Source of the DNA: Bugula neritina
Taxonomy: Eukaryota; Animalia; Bryozoa
Length of the DNA: 64,000 bases
Direction: 5' to 3'
Assembly: GCA_964035545.1 (NCBI GenBank)
Contig: OZ037767.1
Span: 23,886,628-23,950,627 of the forward strand
Every line of letters begins with the position of its first letter. Position 1 is the stretch's first letter. Below are positions 1-12,200 of this stretch, one piece after another. The notes beneath the pieces are model-generated. The model ran no database searches. It worked only from the letters and a program-made list of their open reading frames with translations, and was not told the origin of the DNA. Both the position numbers and the translations under genes were made by a program.

Positions 1-32
1 AAGCTGGAAGCACTTTGAACAGGAAATACACG

Positions 33-260
33 GCATACAGAGTATATAGAGTGTACATGGCATACAGAGTATATATACAGAGTATGCATGATATACAGAA
101 TATACATGGTATATAACAGAGTACATATAGCACACAGAGTGTACATGGCATACAGAGTATATATACAGAGTATGCATGATATACAGAATATACATGGTAT
201 ATAACAGAGTACATATAGCACACAGAGTGTACATGGCATACAGAGTATACATGAGAATGC
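33..260. repeat. Minisatellite: two exact 88-bp units (61-148, 149-236) built from ~18-bp CATACAGAGTRTACATGG subunits
   Basis: Direct inspection. Confidence 0.85.
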
Positions 261-289
261 ACATAGTGTGTTTGGTGCAGATGACGTAC

Positions 290-3200
290 CTCTGACGTTC
301 CTGCTCTTCTCTGTATCGTGTATCTACTTTAGCCTTGCCCCATTTACGTTTGCTTACTTCTACTGATTGCTCTTCAGCCGTCTGACCTTCCTCTATTCCT
401 ATTGGCTCATTTGATCCCTCCTCTTTCACTTCAGTTGGAGCGGGACTTGGTGAACGCCGTTCAATGACAAAGGACATGTCGCTCTCTGTGAGGTAGTAAG
501 CGTAACACTTTAAAGGAATGCATTATCCAACAAAACCTTAATACAGCGCTCCCACCGTATCTCACTAAGCTCATAGTCGAATACCATATTTAACTCATGG
601 ATCAGTTAAATTTGGTTATTTTTTCTATACACACATACATACATAGGCCACAAAACAGGGGTCCAAGCCCTTCTCCTGACTTATAGAATTGCATGAGAAA
701 AGCATCCGTGAGCTACGGAGGGAGCACTGTAGTATATAAACCATTATATCAATATATACAGACTATCTTAGATATTACACTGTATTAGAACAGCAGTTAA
801 GGGTAAAGGCTCAAGCAGTCTAGTTACAACAAGTATCAACATTTATCATGAAATATCAAATTAATTTACCGCTTTAAGTTTCAAATTCATGCTGATTGAA
901 AATGATATTTCTACAAATTAAACTTGCACATTATGAATTAAACTCCGATGTTTGATACTTATGCAATATGTACATAATGTCTGATGCTATCAACTAAGCT
1001 GAAACTTTAGAATTCTAATGTTGAGTAAACATTTGCTTTACACGGGATCACAAGCAAATCTGCAGGTTTGTTTTTGATCAAAAATTATAAAGAGTAAAAT
1101 AAACGTGAGGGCCTACAGCACTCCAACAAAGTAGACAACCATAAGTGTGTTTATATGATATGCATAGTTCACACAAACACTAAAATGCCTGTATACACAT
1201 GTAACTAGCATACACTACCTGTATAGACATATAACTAGTACACATATACCTGTACAAATTTACACTTACCTGGCCTCTCAGGTATCTGTTTACTCTCCTG
1301 GTAAGTCATTGGCTCATCATCTTCAAACACCCATCTTCTCTTGTTTCTCTCTCTGACTGAACTCTCCACGGCATTCTGGGACATGACCAACTGGCCCGCT
1401 CTGCGATTACTGACGACCTTATTCTTTTTCGGAGGCTACAGTTTATACACAGTCGCATGTAAATTAAATTGTATAGAGTGGAAAACTATAAATTTGTTAG
1501 GTAGATGTGTTTTTTTAAATACTAGAGAATATTAGGTTGGCATTATTTTGTCATATTGGTCCCACAACCCATAAGAATTCAAAGAGCATTTCCTAGCACT
1601 TGCCGTCACGTGTCAAACAGTATTTAACCTGGCATATGAGTAAGATACAAATAACCACTAAATGCTATTTGTCTAAAATTGATTTATCCACAAAAATATA
1701 TGGTATTATTTTTGCAATAAAATGGCAAATTATTACCACAGCAGTGACCAAGCTTCTTAACCTGTGTATGTCTGTGATACAATAAGTTATGATATAACCT
1801 CAATGACTTTGAACACATGGTATGCACCATCAAACATAATATGATATGAGATGTATGGTGTAGCAATAGACGAAGCATGTTTGACCTGTACCTGTGGAGC
1901 CTGTCTTGCATCAATATTCGCATAGTTTAGTGTTTGGGCAGCTCTTACTTCTGGCAGAGTAACAACTGGAATGTGTAAATAAGACACTTTTGTTTACTAT
2001 AAACATGACATGTGTAAATACCTAACAAGTATTTATTTTGATATGAACAGTTTTGTATTTATATATAAAAAATATTAAAACAAATACCTGGTTTAGACAC
2101 AGGCAGCGCTGTTACGGTCTGAGTCAAAGACGGCAGCGTTAGGGAGTCGTCTGTCTCTATTTTTAGTGGCTTCAATTCATTTCTGTAAACAGAGATTAAT
2201 TATAAAATGCATGCAGGGTGTGTATATAGTATGTAGTGTGTATATAGTATGTAGTATGTAATGTGTATATAGTATGTAGTGTGTATATAGTATATAGTCT
2301 ATGTAACAGTGTGTATTGTTGTGTAGTGTATCTAGTACTGTGAAACGTGTTTATAATGTAGTGCATAAGAATATTTAGTAGTATGTAGTGTGGCGAGTGT
2401 AGTACAGTGCGTAATAAGTGTGTAGTAGTGTGTATTAGTGTATGTATTGGTGTGCATGTAGTAGTGTGTATTAGTGTATGTATTGGTGTGCATGTAGTAG
2501 TGTGTATTAGTGTATGTATTGGTGTGTAGTACTGGATGTACTAGTGTGCAGTCGTGACATATTTAGTGCACCTAGTCAACCAATTAAAAGCCTATACCCC
2601 AAACATGATGATCTTATGTCAGCATTTGAGTTTAAAGCCAGAAGTTGATTGGAATGATATGAATAATACAGCAAATAGACAACATATGAAGAAACTGAAA
2701 ACTAACCTCTGTGAGTTTAGAGGAGAGGCTACCAGGTTGGAGGAAGGGAGGCTAGGCAACTGACTGGAGACGAAACTCTCTATGTCGGTGACTTCTTCTT
2801 TACTTTTCTAATTCATAAGAATGAGAGTAAACAATCAGCTTTGTCTTAGATTATAGCATATAATCAGATGTTATTGGTAGAATATACATACAGTAGAATA
2901 CAGCAGATTTCACTTACCAGAATGATTTCTTGAGGCAAAATAAATTTATCCATTTCACGTTCATGCTCTGAAATAATTATATAAAAGTGTAAGAGAGCAG
3001 ATCATTGGGTTGGTACTGTATATAGGAAGTACAGTAGTGATCATACATGAAGAGATTATCTCACACATGTAGTCTACCACACAAACTCCTGCGTGTAGCT
3101 AGAGTTGTAAAGCATGGTGAAATATTAAAAAGGTTACCAGAGCAAAAATGTAGACAAAAAGGGGAAATAGCTGCAAGCTAGTTCAACACCAAAGTTTTCT

Positions 3201-6200
3201 AAGGGAATTTAAGAAGTGCAGAATGATTTGATTGTAGAAAATTCATGCATTTAGCTAAAGCCATTAAACAAATGCTCAAAGCTGAAATTAATGTTTTTTG
3301 CCATTTTCTTGTGCACTTAGCTTAAGCAATTTTAAATGAGACCATTACGCAATAAACTCACACAAGTTTATAGTCGCCGTCCCTGTAAGAAAACTCCTGA
3401 TGGAATTTGGAAGGGGTTTTTGTTAAATCAGGTTAAGGACTTATTCATATGCGGCACAGGAGCAATTATGACTGGATGCTCTTCCTAGCATCACCAATGG
3501 CCTTTGTTGGGGCTCGAACCCATAACGTCGTGCTTACTAAGCAAACGCTCTAACCCCTAGACCACTGCTAGACCATTACGCTATGCTCTGGTTTAATCAA
3601 TTAATTTTTGCTAGACATTCATTTGCCACTTTTCACTATGTATGTTGCAATATAAGGTGCAATATGTACCATGCGTTGCAAAATTACAACCAGCAATAAG
3701 AGTATAAATACTGCACCTTATTTTGTTTTATTTCTTAAAAATAAATAATAAATCCTATATTTAGTTTTTGTGAGTTATTAGCTTTAATTTCATATGTTGG
3801 TTCTTTTAAAATTTACAATTTCGAGATACGAGACACTGAATAATGATACATTTTCTAGCAGAAGATGTGTATTTTATCAGCATATAGCACATATAGGAAA
3901 CATTTATGGCAAGAAACAATTCTTGTTACAAGTTACCTTTCTGAGCTGCTTGCTTAGAATCAAGAGGTTGAGGGTGTTGCACAACACCACCCCTTCCTAT
4001 TGCATCGTGCATAACATTTATATAGCTTGGGGTTGCGTCTCGCACAGAAACCTTAGAAATGTTAGAAAAGTGTTGGCCACTGCTAGGCAATAAATGCTTG
4101 AAAGGACCGTCTTTGACTAAGCATCTGGGAGTAGAGGGGTCAGGCAGAAGTTCTAAACAATTCATTGAAAAACAAAAAGCATAAAAATGGAAACATTTCA
4201 GCTTTAGAAACATGTTATTAGATAACAAAGAGAAAAGATGTAAGAAAATAGCATCAGTTTAGCTTGGGGTGCTAATAAGTAGAAGCTGACGCTACTCTGA
4301 GTAACCATGGCAACTAGTTAAAATGTCACACAGCAAATACAAGCAGGATATATTCAAATGCTTTTAGCAGCAGTAAGCCATAGTTGTCAAGCCTCTTGAG
4401 AATTTTAAAGCTGGTTTCAAGTCATGCAAGATCCAGTCTAGTCTCTCATAAACCAAGTCAAATTCCAGACAATCAATATAAGCAATGTAATATAATATAA
4501 TATACTGTATATATAATAGCTATAATATCAAATACGTGTAATATAGTATGTAATATGTACACTATATATATCACAACATGTAATATATATACAGCATATA
4601 CTGTATATGCATTATATACAGCATATACTGTATATAATGCATATATTAAAAATATAAGAAACAAATCTGGAAAGAGCAAAAGCTTTAGAATTTGTCCCCT
4701 CCACCATGGTAATTGTAAGGTGTTGCTAGATATTATACGCCAAGTTTTCCATATGTTTGGGAAGCTACAGGTTTTATTTCACAGCCCCAACAAATTCGAG
4801 ATATATATAGTTGAGCATGCCTTTCGATAACTTGCTACAAATTCTATGGTTCACTTCCTAACATTTCATGCCTCACTCATGTTAATACATGATTATTTGT
4901 GTGTATATAGGTGATTTCAAATATGAGAGGGTCCAGGTGTAGAACAATTGAGAATATATTTTAATGTTCAGAGTAGGCGTGCTCAGGCAATAAGATTTTT
5001 GTTTGCATAATATCAAAGGTGAGTCTTTTAAGGCTATGATTCAAATATTTACCAGGTCTTTGTTTCAAAATGATTAAAGCGTTTATTTTGTGCTTGCAGG
5101 AGTATAAAGCAAGTTGATCTTTTACCCCCTAAGTTTTAACTTAATTGAAATAAAACTTTCGAAATTTTGAAATAGGATAGTAAAATTTTAGAAGTTTTAA
5201 AAGAATGTAATGCAATGTGAATAGATCCCATTTAGATATTCTAATAAAAAGAGTGAATGATTAGGATGCTACTGGTTAGAGTTTTCAAACATCAAATGAC
5301 GTCCCAACCTTCATGGTCAAATTAATTAGTAGGTTAGAGTTAAGAGATTTGATTAAATACTTAAAACAGCAAGTAAAATATTTTTAAATTAGTATACATG
5401 TCATGTATGTAATGTTGTGTAATAATTTATCCACTTTGCATTGTTTGCTGTCACAAAGAAATTAATTAATTTGATTAGAGACCAAAGCTGACCTTCTTTA
5501 GCGAGTGTGGTGCTGGGAAAATCTAGCTGAGAAAGAAGGCCAAGCTGATCAGCAATTTCATCTTCAGTGCAAGTAGAGTCGACATCGTCATTCACACCAC
5601 TCAACAGCTGGTGAGACTTGGGGGATTGTCCTTCCTTGGAACTTTCCAATGTCTAACCCAACAGAATGTAGTATGTGAATATATACTAGGAAACGCCCAA
5701 CATATATTTCAACATGAGTCATAATAAAATCGAATATGCGGTCAAAAAGTCAAAAACAACACAAAATACCTCAATAAAATATTACCTTTGAAAAACTTTG
5801 CACTGCACAGTTATTATGAGCACATGACCTCGATCTTGGATTTGCTAACCGAGAAGGTGCGTGCCCATAGGCTTTCATGTGAAACAAGTATCTGGGACAG
5901 ATAATAGGGTTCCATCTCGACAGGGAAAGTTGTGGTTGAAAACTAGAACTACTTGAATCAATTTTGTGAACAAAGTTTAAATAGGAATATAGCCTGGAGT
6001 CATCCTATAAAACATGTCATTTATTGAATAAAAAAATATTTTATTTACAGTTTTACCGGGAGTGTGAACTTACTGTAGCCAGGCGAGCTTTCATATTAAA
6101 ACATCAATGGACAACTTACCAGTACAGAAATTTTCTGGTTAGTGAAAATACCGCAATCCTTTTCTATATCTTCAATAATATCCTTTTTCATCGGTAAAGA

Positions 6201-9200
6201 GTTGACTAAATTCAAGTTAGTAAAGTCTAATTCTGCCATATCTTCCAATCTTGAGTTGTCCTTCAGAAGATGATATATTTCTTGGTTCTGAGTAGCAAGT
6301 GCATATTGCAAAGGGGATCTACCAAGAATATCTTTTTGGGTAACAGAAACTCCTGACTGCAATAAAGCCTTCACGACATTGGCATTTCCTTTAGCAACGG
6401 CAACATGCAACGGTGTCCTGCCCTTCTCATCAACTTTTGTAAGATCAGCTCCAGCTTCCTTTAAACACTCTATAACATCTTGGTGATCATTGAAAGCAGC
6501 CAGGTGAGCTGCAGTTGTTCCATTTATGTTCTCGTGATCAGGGGGTAACCCCGCTTTGATTAGCAGAGAAAGGCCAGCAGCATTACCAGATGCTGCTATT
6601 ACATGTAACGAGCTGTTACCATCCTTAGTATGGGCTGAAGAGTCTGCACCGTTTGCAATGAGGACTTCCATCGTTTTATCTCTTCCATTAGCCGAAGCTA
6701 GGTAAAGAGGTGTATACCGATGGCTATTGGCCGTATCAATATTAGCTCCATGAGCTAGTAGAAGCTTAAGTATGGAATGATTTCCAGCTTTAGCGGCATA
6801 ATGCAGTGGTGTGGATCCTTCACAATCAACGGCATTAACTTTGGCTGCATTCCCTAGCAACAACTGTACAACTTTAACAGATGTGCCTGATTGGTTGCGT
6901 GACAAACAAGCTAAATGTAAAGGGGTTCGGCCTTTTTGATCATGGACGTCAACATAAACTTGATCATGAAGCAGGTATGCTAAAGAGGATACATCTCCTG
7001 ATTTGGCACACATGTGAAAGGCAGTTTTACCGGCTATATTTTTTGCTAATAGAATCTGTGTACGATAGCCATAAGAGCGAGCAACGTCTAATACTTTTTT
7101 GGTCAAAAGTGAGTGACCATATTTGCAACTGACATGAACAGGCAAATTTCCATACACATTAGCAGCTATGAGAAGTGGGGGCCATTTTTGCAGAATCAAA
7201 TCAGCCAATTTTTGAAGTCCTTTTTGGCAAATCAGATGCAATAACGTGTTACCTAATTTGTCAGCAAATTCGAAGTTAAATTCTTGTGTCCATTTGAGCA
7301 TTTTGAGAGCCAAAACTTCATTGCCACGCTCTACAGCTAAATGAAGTGGGGTCTTGCCATCTATATCCATGATGTTGTAATCAGCTTCATTTTTCAACAA
7401 GACCAAAGCCAAAGAATTGAAGCCTCTTTTCACTGCTCTATGGAGAGCAGATTCATGTAATAAATTAAGAGTATTTGAATCAGCCCCAAGAGCAAGAAAC
7501 ATTTTCACTAATTTTAGATGACCACAATGGGCAGCAATATGTAGACAGGTATCTCCAGAATTATTTACTGTATTTAGCGGCAGTCCAAGATTAATGAGTA
7601 TCTTGCATATAGAAAAGCTTCCAACTGCAGATGCCTGGTGCAAACACCCATTGCCCTTTGCATCAACACTCAAAATGTTACAACCCTCACTGAGTAAGTT
7701 TTCAACAAGAGAAATATCATTGTTCAGAATAGCTAGATGTAACGCAGTTTGTCCAAATACATTTTTGCATTCTAAGAAGGAATCAACTTTATTCATAGTA
7801 GAATAATTTTCTATTTTTAAATCAGAGTTCTTTTGTAGCTTCAACAGTTCCTGAACAAAAGTATGACTGCCGGATGTCACCGCTGCATGCAAAATACTGT
7901 TTCCTTGCTTATCACAAATATCGGGTTTTAAATTAGGCATCTCCATCAAAAGAGAAAGAACAGATGGCTTGTTGCACTGTGCCGCAATATGCAACGGGGT
8001 TTGCCCTAACTTGTTTTTTAAATTTAAGTCAATATTTGGATGTTTTAGAAGCAAGGAAAATATGTTAGCATCAAAGTATTTTATAGCTAAATGTAGCGGT
8101 GTATTTCCATCACGGTCTTTCAAATTTACATCAAGCTCTGGGTTCCTGACCAGGTTCTGCACAATAGCATACTTTCTTTCTTTTACCGAAATGTGAATAG
8201 GAGCATCTGAAAAATAATTAGCAAGATTTACATCAGCACCATATTTTTGTAAGTTGGCAACACTGCACAGATGTCCGTATTTGGCTGCAAGGTGGAGAGC
8301 ACTGTTACCATTAATGTTTGGCTTATTTGGATTAAGATCACTTTCAAGAAGCAATGCTATAGTCGCTGTGTGACCTTGCATAGCAGCTAAATGTAAAGAT
8401 GTATTGTCATAAACATCTAGCTGGTCAGCTTGCTCTCCTTTTTCTATCAACTTCTTGACTAGTTTTGTGTGACCTAGCTTGGCAGCAACTTGAAACAGAC
8501 TCAGCTCAGAAACATCAACGTGGCAATGGCATTCGCAGACACATTTTTGGTGTCGACCAAAGTTAACTGTCTTATTATTTCTTTGAAAATAGTAGGAGCA
8601 TTGGCAGATGTTGCACTCAGACTTTTTGGTCACTTGCATGAAATCTCTTGCTTTTCTGGATTTATTCTGCGGGACAAGAATGCTTTGACCATTTAGATTA
8701 ACAGAAGAGCTTGAATTGGGTCTAAGGGTGGAGATGCCACTGTCATCTGCTGACTGTGACGTGTCTAAAGTATGTCTACTCTGTTTTGTTTCTAATATAC
8801 TAGTGGCACTTCTAGACAGATTATTGGAATGCAATGTAAATGAGTGCATGTTTTCAGCAGCCTTCGAGTATTTCATGAATCTTGTAGAATACAGCGCAGG
8901 GTAAAGGTCACTCCATGGTGATCTTTTGCTTCTTTTGTTAAATGCGGCAATTTTCGAAGTCAGTTTTACCCTTTCATGTTTTACAGCTATTCCACTCACA
9001 GAAAGATCTGTCATTTTGCCAGCTGAACGAAAGTCTTATAACAAACAGAACTTGAAAACTTGGAATCTACAAAAAACATTATTCAAACAATAGATGGAGA
9101 ATTATGCGATACTATTTACACTTTCAGTGTTGTAATCAATTTTCAAACACTGAAAGTGTGTTTAAACACGTGTAACTAAATACACGCGTGTTTGCTGAGA

Positions 9201-12200
9201 ACGTTTCAATAGCCTTTAAACCACTGCTATATATGTTTTATTTTCATTCCTGTAAAAAATCTAATATATACAAGTGTATATAACTTGAAGATTGTGCTAT
9301 ATCAACAACATGACAATCCAATAAATTGTTCAAAACAAGAAATTTTATCTTAGAATACAAATAAAATATCCTAACATCCCACTTGATTTCAGCTATTAGT
9401 TGTAGTATCAGTTCGAACTAGTCTGGATTTTATTTTTTAATCTAAACTTTGGGTAGCTTATTTACATGCATGTATATAGTTATAATTTTTATTGCCCTTG
9501 CAATAGAGGATGGTGGCACGTATTGTGAAGAATATTTAATGTAATAATTAAAAGTTGAAGGACTCTAATGATAAAATCTCTTAAAATTAACATAGAGGTT
9601 AGTTTCTCAAAACTAATCTCATCGGTCAGAAAAGAGCAAATTTATTGAACTTTACCATTTTAATTACAAATTATTCAGTAATCAGGACATTATATTTTGT
9701 AGCAAAGCAGTTGATGGTTCTATGCAATTAGTCATACTCAAACCTACCCATGAGACCAAAAAATATGACGTTCTACAGTAAATATGTCATTGAAATTAAT
9801 CTCATTGGTTATTAGGGTGCTTTAAAATATTAGTCGGCATGCAGTTGTAGAAGCTGTACAAGAAGCACTAACTAAACATTACTTTCAAAGCTTATCATCA
9901 CTATTTCCTAACTGATTTCCATACTATTTTCAGAGCATAGCTAGCTACGTAGGTGTACAATGTGGTATGCTATAATATTATAAATCTTTTGTGGGTGTTT
10001 TCAGCTTTATACATGCCAGAAAGAATTTCTTGAACCAAAAAAATGGAAAAACCCTACAGTGCAGAACTATATTCTTTAAATAAGTAAACTGGAACAGTTT
10101 ACAGCCTTTGCTTAGTTGTAATTATAATGGTAGGTTTGTTGTGGACAGTGTAGCTATTTTTTCTACTCGCACGTATAGAGTAGATATGTTTGGTTTATTG
10201 TATCTGATTATGATTTTTGAGGAAAAATTTTAGTAATACATCAAGAAAAATTCGAAATTTTCAAGTAGCTCCTTTATAAAAAATATTTTAAAACACACAC
10301 CCATGATTTGTTGTTGGCTGATTTAACCTTAAAATTTATTTTTCCATTTTCTAAGGACAAGATTCATTTATTGTTGCTAATTGTCAGACTATGACATTTT
10401 AATTTTACTTTACGTCTTACTAATTTTAATTTACTATAATTTTAAGTACAAGTTATAGTTTAATATTTACTCACCCTAGCTGATTGCTTTTCTTCTGAGT
10501 AAGTCAACTCTGTGTGCTTTCTTCAACATACTACCTCATAATGCATGGCATGGATGCACTACACAGTCACGCAGCATATATTTAAGTATATATACACACG
10601 GTGTTACATACTGTATACACTAAGAAGTATATCTCAGGAGTAAAACGAAGTAGCATAGCAACAAAATTCTTCATGTCTGTCACTTAGTCAATATTTATTG
10701 TTGAATGATCAAATAATAGAGTGAATTACAGAGCAGCCTATAGCTGTAGAGTGTACATAACAGTACATCAACTCCACGTATAGAATAATAATTATACTAA
10801 TAATTTAATAAAAATAATGTAAGAATAATAATATTAGTATAATAATGAAAATATATTTATTCAATAATTTATTTAATAACAAATATTATTATATTTATAT
10901 AATTAGTATACATTAACCACAATGTTATATATTATAATGACTTGATGTGATGAAATGATGTCAGTTATGATGCAAAATTAATAGATTTAATTGCGACAAT
11001 TAAACTTAGAGATTTGACGTTGCTAGGTCATGCAGCTGCATGGTTGAAGGAAACGTTAAGATGTAAGTGGAGACTGTTGACTTTTCACAGGCAAATAAAT
11101 AAGAACTCAAAGTAAGTTGAACCTAAGGCTACATGATAAGAAGCTAAGTTAAATTTATTGTATAAAAACTATCATTCAGAAATTGGCATAAGATAAAAAA
11201 GTGTTTCTCTTCTTTCTAAACGATAGTTATAGAGCAATAGTAATTGGATCTTTGAAAACCGATGAAAAATGCCGACTTATATGTAACTGGGAGAATTAGT
11301 AAGTCATTGTCTTTAAGCCTGGTAATTAGATATTGCATGCCCAAAGTTGTCCAAACCAGTTGTACAGCTAATCCCCTAACAATATTGATCACTTAATTAA
11401 TATTTTAATAACCAACAGTAACTTACTAATAAATATAGTATGTATAATTATAAGCAATTAATTGCAAATTAATTTTTCACAAAAATCAATAGGAGACTCA
11501 GCATTTTAGCCAAGATAAAGGAATGAGAGGCAGTACAAACCAAGAAATGCAACCTGAAAGCAATTTAACAATTTACTTATTTGTGTGATCAGAATAAATA
11601 GATCGGGAAGTGCTGAAAGTTGTAAATTAAATTGTTCAATCATACTTAAGATAAATTATCTCACAGGAAATTAGAAATCTTATGAGGAAAAATACAAAAG
11701 TGAACAACTGTCGAAGCATAGAGTTGATTGGAGAGAAGAATAAACTCTATACATTTTCCTGTAAGAAGAGAAGCTGAGATAGAATGAAGCAGATGCATTT
11801 AATCAGCTTAGTAGCTAACTTCCAGCAAACATTAAAGTGAAACTAAAAAACTGATAAATATAAACTGAAGGTAATAAATAACTTAGAGCCCTTTTTCAGC
11901 ATGAGAATTCCTTTTACCTTGCACAACCTTATAGTTTAATTTAAGTGATATGTCTATTGTGCACTAACATTGTGCTTTGTACAGTTTAGTATTGAATTCA
12001 CAGGCTTAAAACTTTGTGTGTAAGGTAAATTTATTATATAATATTATTATATAATATTAATACATTTAAGTAGAAAGCATCTCCAAACAGAAAGTATCCA
12101 GGAAGGAATACAAAGTAGGGTGACTCATTGAGTCAATGTCAGAAATCATTTTCCCATCAGCTCAACTATGTGGGTTTTTGTATGTGAGAAATATTTGAAT

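Noticed and set aside
3490-3569. tRNA gene
   Set aside because: The A/B boxes belong to a SINE head flanked by a TSD and repeated elsewhere; no convincing acceptor stem.
4473-4830. Overlapping ORFs rich in Y/T/A/I
   Set aside because: Derived from an AT-rich low-complexity repeat.
6096-6113. CaaX prenylation motif on the ankyrin protein
   Set aside because: The C-terminus is CPLMF, so Cys is fifth from the end, not fourth.
6881-8904. Plus-strand ORFs overlapping the ankyrin CDS
   Set aside because: Antisense shadows with no independent support.
9015-9066. In-frame fusion of host exons to the ankyrin ORF
   Set aside because: An in-frame TAA lies between the acceptor at 9066 and the ATG at 9014.
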